Shown piece by piece: positions 47,583-57,802 of a DNA stretch of 64,000 bases (positions within the stretch are counted from its first letter, which is position 1; each line of letters opens with the position of its first letter). This stretch comes from an uncultured delta proteobacterium. GTDB taxonomy: Bacteria > Desulfobacterota > Binatia > Binatales > Binataceae. The notes beneath the pieces are model-generated. The model was not told the origin of the DNA. It worked only from the letters and a program-made list of their open reading frames with translations, and searched no databases. The stretch lies in assembly GCA_963711565.1 (NCBI GenBank), contig CAVQEQ010000003.1, positions 448,001 through 512,000 on the forward strand, given 5' to 3'. The position numbers and the translations under genes are program-made.

Positions 47583-48728
47583 CTACTCCACTCCGTTGAG
47601 CGATGCGCGGAGAGTTGCGACCGCGTGGCGGATATCGAAGCGTCGATCGTAAAGCTCGCGCGCCGCTATTCCCAGGCGCTGTCGTTCATCGCCGTCGTCA
47701 ATCAATCGATGCACCACCGCGGCCATCGCCGGGAGATCGTTCGCCGGCGCGAGCGCCACTGCACGCGACTCCTGCCACAGCGGTTCGGTCAGGTGTCCCG
47801 AGGTGGTCATCACGGGACGTCCATGTTCGAGCGCCGCCATGCAGCTTGTCCGGCGCGTAGAGACTCCGTCGGGATAGAACTGGATCATCAGATCGCAGGC
47901 GGCGAGCGAGCGCGACACGTCCGCGGGAGCGAGCGCGCCGGTTGCGTGCAGTCGATTCGCGAATGAGGGATGACGGTCGATCATTTGGGCGCGAAATTCC
48001 GTTCCACCCTTGCCAATCAACAGCACCGCCAGATCCGCGTGCAGTGCCAAACCCTCGGCCAGCAATGCGGTCGTCCCGGCCGTGTAGGCCGATCCGTAAC
48101 CGCCGAAGTGGCCCACGATTTTGCCGCCATCAGGTGCGACGCGCCGCCGGATATCATTTGCGCCGGCTTCGTCTTCGACTACCGGAACATTGCTGAACGT
48201 TGGAATGCACAAGATCGGCTGCCGCGTCCCGCTGATCGATCGCAGCATCGGTTCCCAAGCCGACGTCGTCACGAAGATGCGCCGGGCCGAGCGCGCGAGT
48301 ATGGCAGCCATCGCGCGCGTGACGACGCCGAGAAAGTTGTGCCGAAGCAGCTGATCGCGGGAGATCGCGAACGCAACTTCATGGAACATTACGCCGAGCC
48401 GCTCGCGCTGCCGCGACGCGAGCCAGAGGCACAGCGGCACATTCATCGCCTTCCATCCGAGAGCATGCGGTACGTATTGGACGAGAACCTGGGATTTCGA
48501 CCTTCGATCGATTCCGCGATCCATCGCCAGCATCGATCGCGGCCCAAAGCTATCCGGCAAGCGATGCACCCGAACCGGACCGGCCTCGTTCGTCGGACTG
48601 GAAGTCGGCGGCGCCCACACGTGAACTTCGTCACCGCATCGCGACAACGCCTCGCCGAGCTGCCGCGTGTAGTCGCCCACGCCACCGATGGCGGGCGGAT
48701 ACTCACCGGTTATCAGATGCCATATCAA
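47583..48728 (-). CDS. Glycosyltransferase family 4-like (divergent)
   Basis: EYPP..GGVGDYT, HFG, YPDGVSTRRTS..AAL.HG.PV in place of EX7E. Confidence 0.8.
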   Translation of the reverse strand: MIWHLITGEYPPAIGGVGDYTRQLGEALSRCGDEVHVWAPPTSSPTNEAGPVRVHRLPDSFGPRSMLAMDRGIDRRSKSQVLVQYVPHALGWKAMNVPLCLWLASRQRERLGVMFHEVAFAISRDQLLRHNFLGVVTRAMAAILARSARRIFVTTSAWEPMLRSISGTRQPILCIPTFSNVPVVEDEAGANDIRRRVAPDGGKIVGHFGGYGSAYTAGTTALLAEGLALHADLAVLLIGKGGTEFRAQMIDRHPSFANRLHATGALAPADVSRSLAACDLMIQFYPDGVSTRRTSCMAALEHGRPVMTTSGHLTEPLWQESRAVALAPANDLPAMAAVVHRLIDDGDERQRLGIAARELYDRRFDIRHAVATLRASLNGVE

Positions 48729-48746
48729 AGGTGCTATCGATTGCGC

Positions 48747-50267
48747 TCAGGCGGTGGCAGCCCTGAGCACCAGCCTGAAACGGCTCATCAGGCTCGCGCG
48801 TTCTTCCGGATAAAACACGACCAGCCACGCCAGCACCAGGTAGATCAGCGCGGACGCCGACATCTGATACGCGACTCCGAACCAGCCGGTGGCGCCGTAC
48901 AGCCGGACGAGCCAACCAGTGAGGGCAGCATACGGAAGCGCGAGTGCGAGCGGCGCGACCACGGAGAAAACCAGCTTCGAAGCCGGAACGTCGAATATAT
49001 CGGACATCAGTATCGGCATGTACCACACGCTGACAGCCAGAAAGGAGGCGGTGGTGCCGAGCAAGGGTCCGGCGAGTCCGAACGCGAGGGTAAATGCGAT
49101 GCTGAAGGCGAGATTGAGCACGGTCTGAACGATCGTCATCGGGAGCATTTTTCGGATCTGCCCCGTTCCGGTCACGCACCATCCCCACAGCGAGAATATC
49201 GCCTGCCACAGCGCATTGGCGGCCGCCAGCGCAGTAATCAGATCGCCCGCGTAACGTTCCCGTCCGACCCACAGCGAAATAAATTGACGGTTGAACGCCA
49301 CGATCGGAATCAGCGCCGCCAGACCGACCACCGCCACAACGCGGGTGAGTTCCAACAGCCGGCGGCTGAAGACCTCCTTGCGTCCTTGCGCGCTCAGTTC
49401 CGCCAACGCGGCCCAACTTGCGTTGCCGATCGTCTGCAACTCGCGCTGCGCCAGCGAGGTCAGGCGCTGCGTCAGAACGAAAGGCGTAACAAGGGCCGGG
49501 GACAGCAATCCCGACACCACTATATTGTCGGTTAACAGAGAAACTCGTCCGCACATGTTCAGCAAGAAGGTCGGCATGTTGAGCTTGCGCACGTCGCGGC
49601 GGGCGGCCTCAGGGGCTGACCCTTTGATGGCATCAAGGAAAATCGCCGGGGCTTCCCGACGGCAGAGCCACAGCAGTGCAGCGTTGAAGACCGCGGCTCC
49701 GGCGATGACCGCGACAGATTGGCCGGTGATTCCCCATCCGGCCCACGCCAGGACGAGCGATCCCGCGGTGATCGTGATGGATTGCGCGGTCAGAAATGCG
49801 CTCAACCAGTAACCTTGCTGGCGGCCCTCTATCAGCGCCTTAAACGGCGCTAGCGGCGTCATAAAAGCGCCGAAGCCACCGATCAGAAATGAGATCCGCA
49901 GATCCGACGCATATTTTGCCTGCACCGGAATCAGCCGCGTTGCGAAAACCGCTAGGATAACAATGCCGACGACGCTCGCCAGTGCGACTTTTGTGTAAGC
50001 GCGCACGCCGGTGACCATGAGGTCGTGCACGGACTTTTCATCGCGGCGTGCTTCCGAGAGCGCGACCAGCGGCATGAGCGCGCCGCCCAGCCCGAACTCC
50101 AGCAAGCCGAGATAGCCCATCCAGTCGGTCGCAACCTGGAACGCGCCGAATCGTTCGTCGCGCAACCAGTGCAGAATCAACGGCGTCGCGAACAGGCCGA
50201 CGACCACCATCACGATGGTGTAGGCCTCGCGCGAAACAATCGTCAGTATGAATCTTATCGTTCGCAC
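48747..50267 (-). CDS. Wzx-type polysaccharide flippase (MOP superfamily)
   Basis: 12-14 TM segments, LL..GLG, TDNIVV..LL, FISLWVG; start uncertain (50267, 50297 or 50327). Confidence 0.8.
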   Translation of the reverse strand: MRTIRFILTIVSREAYTIVMVVVGLFATPLILHWLRDERFGAFQVATDWMGYLGLLEFGLGGALMPLVALSEARRDEKSVHDLMVTGVRAYTKVALASVVGIVILAVFATRLIPVQAKYASDLRISFLIGGFGAFMTPLAPFKALIEGRQQGYWLSAFLTAQSITITAGSLVLAWAGWGITGQSVAVIAGAAVFNAALLWLCRREAPAIFLDAIKGSAPEAARRDVRKLNMPTFLLNMCGRVSLLTDNIVVSGLLSPALVTPFVLTQRLTSLAQRELQTIGNASWAALAELSAQGRKEVFSRRLLELTRVVAVVGLAALIPIVAFNRQFISLWVGRERYAGDLITALAAANALWQAIFSLWGWCVTGTGQIRKMLPMTIVQTVLNLAFSIAFTLAFGLAGPLLGTTASFLAVSVWYMPILMSDIFDVPASKLVFSVVAPLALALPYAALTGWLVRLYGATGWFGVAYQMSASALIYLVLAWLVVFYPEERASLMSRFRLVLRAATA

Positions 50268-50268
50268 G

Positions 50269-51237
50269 TCATCGAAGGCGGGCGGCACCGTCGGCATTAC
50301 GCAGCGCCTGCAAAAAACCGGTGTCAACCAAATGGCGCATGCCTTCCTCGTACAGGAAATGCCGAAACACCCCGGGATAATGCGTACATATCCGGTCGGG
50401 CGTGATTCCGACGCCGCCGCCCACCAGGTAGGTATCCGGCAGCAGTTCCACTCCAGCCTTCGTCGAGCATAGGGCGTGAAGGGTCTGCTCGAAGCACCAG
50501 CCGTCGGCGAACAGAGACTCGTTCTCGAGCCATCGCTCGATAGCCGGAAAGTCGATAGTCGGCGGCCGGATCAGCGATAGACCTGAATTGATGAGTGGTA
50601 GAGGCCGAACTCCACAGCCTGCTTCAAGGGCGTCGAGCGGCGCGGAATAATAGTAGGAGTTATCCTTGTTGTAACGGTTGCGGGCGGGCGAGTCGTCACC
50701 GGGGAGCAGCAAATCGGGACGACGGAAGAACACAATGTCCGAATCGATGCTGATCACGTAATCAGCGTTGGACATCGCGTAGAAATCAAACAGCTTGCGC
50801 GTCACTGGATTTCGCGCTCGCCAAGCGGCGCAGCGTGGGGCGTTCGCATTGCGCAGGCGCGCGGTCACCTTCTCGTCGGCTTCCTCGATGGTGACAAGTC
50901 TGGCGGTCGGAAAGTGCTCGAGTAGCCGCTCGGCCTGTCCGGGCGCGAGGCCGCCGTCGTGGATGAATAGAGGAAGATCGACGCCGGCGAAATGATAGAA
51001 GCTCTTCAGCGACCAGAGCAGATTTTTCCAGTCTTTGCGCCAAGTCAGGGCGCGGACCTCGACCGGTCCGCTAACTGCGGTTCTAATCGGCGGAGTCTTC
51101 AGGATAAGGCGCTGAATCCTGCGCCTGCGGAGCGCGCGCCCATATCCCTCGCGACCCGCCGCACGAAAGTCACTCCATTGCGGACTGTTGCGAAGCCACG
51201 ACCGCAAGCTGCTAATGGGAGACCTAGCCGATGACAT
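50269..51237 (-). CDS. Putative GT-A-fold glycosyltransferase
   Basis: WSLKSF, HDGGL, KLFD, IDSDIVFF (DxD), INSGL, EQT. Confidence 0.6.
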   Translation of the reverse strand: MSSARSPISSLRSWLRNSPQWSDFRAAGREGYGRALRRRRIQRLILKTPPIRTAVSGPVEVRALTWRKDWKNLLWSLKSFYHFAGVDLPLFIHDGGLAPGQAERLLEHFPTARLVTIEEADEKVTARLRNANAPRCAAWRARNPVTRKLFDFYAMSNADYVISIDSDIVFFRRPDLLLPGDDSPARNRYNKDNSYYYSAPLDALEAGCGVRPLPLINSGLSLIRPPTIDFPAIERWLENESLFADGWCFEQTLHALCSTKAGVELLPDTYLVGGGVGITPDRICTHYPGVFRHFLYEEGMRHLVDTGFLQALRNADGAARLR

Positions 51238-51251
51238 AGCTGCGGACGAGG

Positions 51252-51917
51252 TCAGGACAGGAGACGGCATAAGAAGCGCAAGCCGAGCGAAAGAGGCAAG
51301 CCGACCGTCCCGAGTTTGTGCCTGGAGCGCAGGTAAACGTAGTCGATTGGATCGGTGAGCGCAAAAATCGAGTCAGGAAGTGGTTCTCGACTCGCGACAT
51401 AAACATTGCACGAGACGGCCCGTATTGTCCGTACCGTAACTTCGGCGGGGAAGTCGTCCCGCGTCCACAAGTTCCGGTGGACTTCGTAGGAGTTGCCGCA
51501 CAGTTCGGTCTGCGGATAGAACTCGGCCGGGGTGCTGATCACAACGACAGGACTATGCTTGAAGCATTCTCGAACGAGTTCTCGCGCCTGCTGCTGCTCC
51601 AAATGTTCAATCACGTCGGCGATGAGCACAACGTCAAATTCACCGAGTGTCGGCACAATGCTCTGTGCTTCACCAAGGTAAACCTTCGAGTACGCGTAGT
51701 CGTGAATCGGGTTGCGGTACGCTTCGTAAGCCTCGACACCGACGATCGTCGTGATCCATTCCTCCTTGCGCAAGCGCTCGTACCAGATGTCGAGATACTC
51801 ACGAAGCAGCATCCCGTACTTGCCGAATCCGCAACCAACATCGAGCACTCTCTTTGGATTCAGGTTGTTAAGGATCGTGAGAATGGCGTTGATATTGTGA
51901 TGGTCGCTGGTTGGCAT
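51252..51917 (-). CDS. Class I SAM-dependent methyltransferase
   Basis: VLDVGCGFGKYG, DVIEHL, ISTP; start set at ATG 51917. Confidence 0.88.
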   Translation of the reverse strand: MPTSDHHNINAILTILNNLNPKRVLDVGCGFGKYGMLLREYLDIWYERLRKEEWITTIVGVEAYEAYRNPIHDYAYSKVYLGEAQSIVPTLGEFDVVLIADVIEHLEQQQARELVRECFKHSPVVVISTPAEFYPQTELCGNSYEVHRNLWTRDDFPAEVTVRTIRAVSCNVYVASREPLPDSIFALTDPIDYVYLRSRHKLGTVGLPLSLGLRFLCRLLS

Positions 51918-51939
51918 CGGATGGGGAATCCTGGCCTGA

Positions 51940-53097
51940 TCAAGCTTGCGGCCGGCTCGTGTGAGCAAGCGGTTCAGTGGTAGCGGCTGCGACAATAGGA
52001 TTTCGTCCCATCTGAAACCTGGCGGACAGCGAATGGCCGACGGCGACCAGCGGCCGCTCGAGCAGGTAGTAACTGGCCGAGGCGCACACGAATACGGCCA
52101 CGATGTTCAGCGGCCATTCCTGCACGCGGCCGAACGGCAACGGGCGCGGAATCTTCGATCCCACCAGGAATAGCTGCTGCCACAGATAGAGGCTGTACGA
52201 AATTCTCCCGACCCAGCGCATCGGCGAGGTTTCGAGAATTCTACCAAACAACAGCGTCGGATTGAGTACCGTGCCGAGCAGAATCACCGGGACCAGAAAA
52301 CTCTCCCACGCCATCTGCAGCGGAGGGTTGAGCGCGATGCATGCGACGAGCACCAGCACCGGGACGGTGATGACCGTGGCTGACAAGCGTCGGGTGAGAG
52401 TCTCGCGGTAAGCGGGAACGCTCACGACCAGTGCTATCCAGCATCCCCACAGCAAGCCGTCGAAGCGCGTGTCGGTCCTCTCGTAAATGTTGTCGGACAG
52501 GACGCCGGGCCAGATTTGGCCGTGGAACCAATGGAAGTCCGCGATTCGCCAGATCGCGACGGCGATCGCTATCCCCGGCAGATAACGTCTTGCACGCGCG
52601 GACCCCAACGTCAGCAGTGCGGCGGGCCAGATCAGGTAAAAATGTTCCTCGACGGCGAGCGACCAGAAGTGTCCCGTGTACCATCCGGTATCAGGCGGCA
52701 CGACGATGTAGTTGCGCGAAAAGAACACGCTGCTGAACCATTCGCGCGGACTCACCACAATAAAGCCGCTTAGCGCGAGCAGACCGACGATCGCGAGGTA
52801 GGTAAACGCCGGCGGCAGAATCCTGAACACCCGGCGGATATAGAAGCTGCCAAGACTGAAACCGCCGGTCTTCTCATGCTCGTCGAGCAATCGCCCGCAA
52901 ATCAGTAATCCGCTGATACCGAAGAACAGGTCGACGCCGAATACTCCGTGCTGGCTGATCGAGTACCAGGTCGAACTGGCATAGCGGCCAGCGGGATAGA
53001 ACAATTCGCTGCCGCCGTGCGCGAGCATCACCAGCAGGATTGCGATCGCGCGCCAGCCGTCGAGCGTCGGACGGTAATCTTTCGAAGGACGGCTCAC
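51940..53097 (-). CDS. Acyltransferase family 3 (OafA-like O-acyltransferase)
   Basis: LDGWRAIAILLV..H, GVDLFF.ISG, FYIRR..RI.P, HFWSLAVEEHFY, GRISYSLYLWQ, SYY.LERP; GTG 53097 coupled to previous stop. Confidence 0.92.
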   Translation of the reverse strand: MSRPSKDYRPTLDGWRAIAILLVMLAHGGSELFYPAGRYASSTWYSISQHGVFGVDLFFGISGLLICGRLLDEHEKTGGFSLGSFYIRRVFRILPPAFTYLAIVGLLALSGFIVVSPREWFSSVFFSRNYIVVPPDTGWYTGHFWSLAVEEHFYLIWPAALLTLGSARARRYLPGIAIAVAIWRIADFHWFHGQIWPGVLSDNIYERTDTRFDGLLWGCWIALVVSVPAYRETLTRRLSATVITVPVLVLVACIALNPPLQMAWESFLVPVILLGTVLNPTLLFGRILETSPMRWVGRISYSLYLWQQLFLVGSKIPRPLPFGRVQEWPLNIVAVFVCASASYYLLERPLVAVGHSLSARFQMGRNPIVAAATTEPLAHTSRPQA

Positions 53098-54314
53098 GAG
53101 GCGAGAGTTATGCTGTCGGCTTCGGCGCCACGCCGGGCAATCAAGTCGCGATAGCAGGCTTCGACCGCGTCGAGCGCGCGCGCCGGCGAGCACTGCGTTT
53201 CGATCAAATCCCGCGCCGCAAGCCGCATCCGCTCCTGCTGCGGGACGTCCCTGAGCAGCGCCGCCGTTCGCTCGATAATTCCGCTATCGTCGTCGCTCAC
53301 CAACAGATGCACGCCGTCGCGAACGGGCAATCCCTCGATACCTTCGGTGTTGGTGACGACCGGGATCCCAAAGGCCATCGCTTCGACTATCTTCACCTTG
53401 ATTCCGCTCGCCTGATCGGCTGCATGCACCAGCACGCTGCTGCCGTTGAAGTACGGGCGGATGTCGGGAACGTCTTCGATTATTTCCACGTCCGGCAAAT
53501 CGACGTATTCGCGCAGCGCCGAGCGAGCGCGCCATCCGACGATTCGCAGCTTCGCATCCGGCACCTGCCGCTTGATTCCCGGCCACAGTCGCGTGATCAA
53601 CCGCACCGCCGCCGACTGCGACGGGCGCCAGTTCATCGACCCAATCAAGCTGACGATCGGACGCGTCGGCCGCTCGGCTGCCGGGACGAATCTGTAAAGC
53701 GTCGGATCAATCGCAAACGGAAACCAGTACACCAGCACCTTGCTGCCGGTCATTCTGCGAGCCTTGTCTTCGAGCCTGGGAGTGATCGCCGCGATAGTGC
53801 CGAAGCGCTGCAGCAGATTTCTCTCCGCCCGTTTTCGCAACGCACGCAGCAATGCCGTGCGAACATCCACGAAGCCGCTGTTCGCGTCGTCGATTGCGTA
53901 CAGGTAGTGAAGGTTGACCAGCGCCTTGGCCGGATCGGCCTCCAGCGCAGTCCATCCGCTCCACAGTTGTTCGAGATGAAGTACGTCGTAGCCCTCGCGC
54001 AGAACGGCTGCCACGTCGTGGTTGATTTTGCCGCGGAAAAGGTATGAATGCGGTTTACGAATCGTCTCGAGTTTGCCGGCGACACTATTGCGATTTTCGA
54101 CCGGATAGCAGCGCAGATCGTACTGCGGGGCCGGAAAAATCGACGCCGCCCTCTCAACGTCCGACGCGTTGCTGCACGCCGCAAATGCGGTGACTCGATG
54201 GCCCCGCTCCACCAGCCCGCGCAGCAGCACGTAGTACCATCGCGCAGCCGCATTGCCGAAAGGCAGCGGCGGTTCGATCATCACTAGCACAACGCGCAGC
54301 GGCTTCACGCTCAT
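53094..54314 (-). CDS. Glycosyltransferase family 4
   Basis: IGSMNW.P, V.DIRPY, SGIKVKIVEAMAFG.PVV...GIEG. Confidence 0.9.
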   Translation of the reverse strand: MSVKPLRVVLVMIEPPLPFGNAAARWYYVLLRGLVERGHRVTAFAACSNASDVERAASIFPAPQYDLRCYPVENRNSVAGKLETIRKPHSYLFRGKINHDVAAVLREGYDVLHLEQLWSGWTALEADPAKALVNLHYLYAIDDANSGFVDVRTALLRALRKRAERNLLQRFGTIAAITPRLEDKARRMTGSKVLVYWFPFAIDPTLYRFVPAAERPTRPIVSLIGSMNWRPSQSAAVRLITRLWPGIKRQVPDAKLRIVGWRARSALREYVDLPDVEIIEDVPDIRPYFNGSSVLVHAADQASGIKVKIVEAMAFGIPVVTNTEGIEGLPVRDGVHLLVSDDDSGIIERTAALLRDVPQQERMRLAARDLIETQCSPARALDAVEACYRDLIARRGAEADSITLAS

Positions 54315-54329
54315 CGGTTGGCGACGTCC

Positions 54330-55469
54330 CTACGCGGCATTGTCCACTATCTCGACGAACTCCGAAGCCATATCCGCCCACGAGTGCTGCCGCAATTTAG
54401 CGGCGACCACCGCCGCGGCTGCGGCAAACTCATCCTTGCGCGATCGCCACAGGCGGATACGATCGACCAGGTCGCCGACATTCTCGGGATCGGGCAGGAT
54501 GAGGGCCTCGAGCCCGTCGCCCAGGCGCTCCGTGACCGGCGCCGCTTCGCTTACGATCGCGGGGATTCCGCAGCAGACCGCCTCCTGAATCGCCAGTCCG
54601 TAGCCTTCGTAACGCGTCGGAGAAACAAGCGCATCGCTGGCCGCCATAACTGCAGGCAGATCCTTGCAGAAGCCCACAAATTCGATGCGTGATGCCAAGC
54701 CCGCGGCATTCGCCCGCGCCTTCCACGCCCCAAGTTCGGCACCGGTGCCGATCACAATCAACTTTGCGGACCAGTCGCTGCTCGCGCAGAGCTTCTGCCA
54801 TGCGCTGAACAGCGTATCGAAACCCTTGCGCCGATCGCCGAGAGACCCGACAAACACCAGGACTGGGATGCCCGGCTGCCAGCCGAGAGAGTCCCGGACA
54901 GCTTCGCGTTCAGCAGGCGAGTGCGGACGAAACACTTCCCCGTCTACGCCGAGGTACACGGTGTGTATTCGTTCCTCGGGCACGCCGAGATCGCGGACCA
55001 AATCGCGCCGGGTGCGGTTCGAGTTGCTGATAACCACGCGTGCCACGGCGAACGCCTTGCGATCCAGTACCGCGGCGGACCGGAAGGAAGCCTCCGCCTT
55101 CAGTTTCCTCAAGAGGTTCGCGGTTACCTGCGGTTTGTAGGAGACGTGAAGGTGATGAGCCCAATTTACGTCCGGCCAGACACAGTTGCCGCCATTCACT
55201 ACCACTCGCCCTCCCCGCGCTGCGATTCTCAGCGCCCACTTTCGGCCGGCGCGCGCCAACAACGGGCTAGCAAGAAAATATGAGTTCAGCGGTTTCGGCA
55301 CCCGATGAAAGAACACATTTGGATAGCCCGCAAGATCGCCGGCAATCCGGTAGGCGACGAGGTGAGTCTCGCAACCACGCTCCGCCAGGTACTTGGCCAG
55401 CGCATGGTTTGCCCGGTCCATACCGCCGGTCTTTACGAAGTCTCCGGTGACAATCAGGTACGGCTTCAT
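54330..55469 (-). CDS. Glycosyltransferase family 4
   Basis: TGGMDRAN, RKGFD, RYEGYGLAIQEAVCCG. Confidence 0.92.
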   Translation of the reverse strand: MKPYLIVTGDFVKTGGMDRANHALAKYLAERGCETHLVAYRIAGDLAGYPNVFFHRVPKPLNSYFLASPLLARAGRKWALRIAARGGRVVVNGGNCVWPDVNWAHHLHVSYKPQVTANLLRKLKAEASFRSAAVLDRKAFAVARVVISNSNRTRRDLVRDLGVPEERIHTVYLGVDGEVFRPHSPAEREAVRDSLGWQPGIPVLVFVGSLGDRRKGFDTLFSAWQKLCASSDWSAKLIVIGTGAELGAWKARANAAGLASRIEFVGFCKDLPAVMAASDALVSPTRYEGYGLAIQEAVCCGIPAIVSEAAPVTERLGDGLEALILPDPENVGDLVDRIRLWRSRKDEFAAAAAVVAAKLRQHSWADMASEFVEIVDNAA

Positions 55470-56893
55470 CCAGCCCGCATCTGGTCGCGGCTTGCCTGGC
55501 CGCTCGACGCCGCCACTGCAAACAGAACCGCGTTTAGCATCCAGAATTCCATTCCGCTCTGACTGCCGAAGAAAGGACTGTCCAGACAGGTTGCCAGCGC
55601 GCCCACATCGTATGCGCAGATCACCGCCGCCATGATCGCTAATTCAGGATCGATCTGCGCCAGCGACAACCTGAAAGCAAACAGGATCGCCAGCGCGATT
55701 GCCCACAGATACACGATGATCAGTGGTACGCCTCCGTCCAGCAGCCATGCGGTGATCTGCTCTTCGGCCCAGATCATCGCGCTATTGGGATCGGAATTGT
55801 CGCCGAAGTAATGATTCATCATTCCCCAGCGTCCGAGGCCCGCGCCGAGCGGATATTGGGGCAGGAGTTCGTTGATCGAGTACTCTATGAAACGCCCTCG
55901 ATTCTGATGATAGACGGTTCCGGGGTCGGACGCGGTGAGGGTGGCGAAGCGCGCGGCAACCCCGTTGCCGCCAACCGCGATCGCCCAACTGAAGCCGAAA
56001 AACGCCACCACGCCGAGCACCGCCAGCAACCGCGTCAGGGTTCCGGCTTCGTACCTGCGCCATGCCCGGTTGGTCGTGCGAACCCAGATGCGCCTGATGG
56101 CCAGGACGATGGTCAGCACGGCCGCACAAATGACCAACGTCACCAGCGCCACTCTCACGTGAGACAGAAAAATCGCTGCCAGGCCCACAACCATCGACCC
56201 AACCGCAACTAGCCGCGCCGGCCACCTTCTCCACGTGAGCATGAAGGCAGCGCCGAACAGCGCCGCGTAAGTACCCGCCAATGCGGCCCCACCCGGAACG
56301 TCCGACAGCCCCATCGCGCGGAACACCAGTTGCCCGTTCGCGTTCTCGTACTCGAGGCCTCTTACGTACGCCCTTCCCTGGTTCAATATGATGGTGGAAA
56401 TAGCGGGCGCGAAATGCCCCGGGAAATCCACTTGCAGGATACCGACTACGGCGCTTATCGATTGGAAGATCCAAATCATCAGCAACACGCGGCGAAGATT
56501 CGATATATCGATCGACAGGCGCTGCACCCAGAACAGCGGACCCAGAATCGCCACATACATCCCGATTTGTGCCGCGCTCGCCGCCAGCGAGTTGCCGTTC
56601 GGATTGAAAAACGCCAGCCCAACAATTGCCAGCACCAGCTTGGCCGGCTTGACCGCGGGCGACGGCTTGCCCCGGCCGCGCAACGCGAAAGCCAGCACGA
56701 GGCTGGTCCCGAATACCGCCATCCGAACCAACACGCGCACCTGTCCGATCGAACCCGACAGCAACGCGACCTGGCACACGAATCCGAGCGCGAACATCAG
56801 CTCGACCGCGTGCGTGCGCAGGAACCCTACCGAAGCGCGCGAGCGTTCCAGCACGTATCGGTTCTCCGCGTATGGAGCTGCTCCAGAGGTCAT
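55466..56893 (-). CDS. Wzy-like polysaccharide polymerase / O-antigen ligase-family membrane protein
   Basis: About 11 TM segments, GILQ, R..G...PG, PLGAGLGRWG; inside the GT cluster. Confidence 0.7.
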   Translation of the reverse strand: MTSGAAPYAENRYVLERSRASVGFLRTHAVELMFALGFVCQVALLSGSIGQVRVLVRMAVFGTSLVLAFALRGRGKPSPAVKPAKLVLAIVGLAFFNPNGNSLAASAAQIGMYVAILGPLFWVQRLSIDISNLRRVLLMIWIFQSISAVVGILQVDFPGHFAPAISTIILNQGRAYVRGLEYENANGQLVFRAMGLSDVPGGAALAGTYAALFGAAFMLTWRRWPARLVAVGSMVVGLAAIFLSHVRVALVTLVICAAVLTIVLAIRRIWVRTTNRAWRRYEAGTLTRLLAVLGVVAFFGFSWAIAVGGNGVAARFATLTASDPGTVYHQNRGRFIEYSINELLPQYPLGAGLGRWGMMNHYFGDNSDPNSAMIWAEEQITAWLLDGGVPLIIVYLWAIALAILFAFRLSLAQIDPELAIMAAVICAYDVGALATCLDSPFFGSQSGMEFWMLNAVLFAVAASSGQASRDQMRAG

Positions 56894-56917
56894 CTCAGAT
56901 AAGATTCGCGTTCGGGC

Positions 56918-57802
56918 TTAAACAGAAATCGGTTGCGGATGGCGGGTGAGCCGCCGCTTTTTCTGCAATGTGGCAAAGCGAATAGGCTTGCGATTGGCCA
57001 GCACGTAGCGCCGCGCGCGCAACGCCTCGGCGACGCTCCAGGTCATCCCGCTGATGTCGATTTTACCCTCGTTCCTGGTCCAGCGTACGTGACGCGCTAT
57101 CGCCGCTAACGTAGCCGACGGCACGCACCACCATGGGCATCGCAGCAGGCCGGTCAAAATACTGTTGCGCAGCATCAGACGGTAAATCCTCGCCTGGTCG
57201 CGGCCGCGATCATCCTGGTAGTGCATCACCGATAGCGAAGGGTCGTAAATGACGCTGTAACCCGCGTCCAGCAGGCGCAATGACAAATCGATCTCTTCGT
57301 AATAGTAGCCGAACATAGGTTCAAAGCCGCCGACCTGCCTCAGCGCCGCCGCCCTGAGCAGAGCCCCGTAGCCGAAAAATTGACCGGCGTAGCATAGTAC
57401 CGACGCCGCGGCGGGCTGCATGTAATGCGCCGCGCCGTCCGGACGCAATTGCCGAAAGCCAATCGCACCCCAATCGGAGTATTTGCGCGCGAGTGCGACT
57501 GCACGCGAGAGCAAAGTCGGGTCGCTGATCTCAACGTCATCGTCGAAGATTGCGATGAACTCCCCGCCGGCCTGGCTTATCCCCAAATTGCGCGTCGCGC
57601 TCAAGCCAAGGTTCTTTGAATTGCGGAAGTTCCGGATTTCCGTCCCTGCCGGCTCGACCGGGGTTTCAGAGCCGTCATCGATGACCACGATCTCGAACGG
57701 CCGATAGTCCTGGCACCGGAGCGATCGCAGCAATCGATCGAGGCTGTTCTGCCTGTCCTTGGTGGCGATTACGATGCTGACCAGTCCCGCCTGCTCACTC
57801 AC
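56918..57802 (-). CDS. Glycosyltransferase family 2
   Basis: VSIVIAT, VIDDGS, RNLG, IFDDD, YYEEIDLS.R. Confidence 0.92.
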   Translation of the reverse strand: MSEQAGLVSIVIATKDRQNSLDRLLRSLRCQDYRPFEIVVIDDGSETPVEPAGTEIRNFRNSKNLGLSATRNLGISQAGGEFIAIFDDDVEISDPTLLSRAVALARKYSDWGAIGFRQLRPDGAAHYMQPAAASVLCYAGQFFGYGALLRAAALRQVGGFEPMFGYYYEEIDLSLRLLDAGYSVIYDPSLSVMHYQDDRGRDQARIYRLMLRNSILTGLLRCPWWCVPSATLAAIARHVRWTRNEGKIDISGMTWSVAEALRARRYVLANRKPIRFATLQKKRRLTRHPQPISV

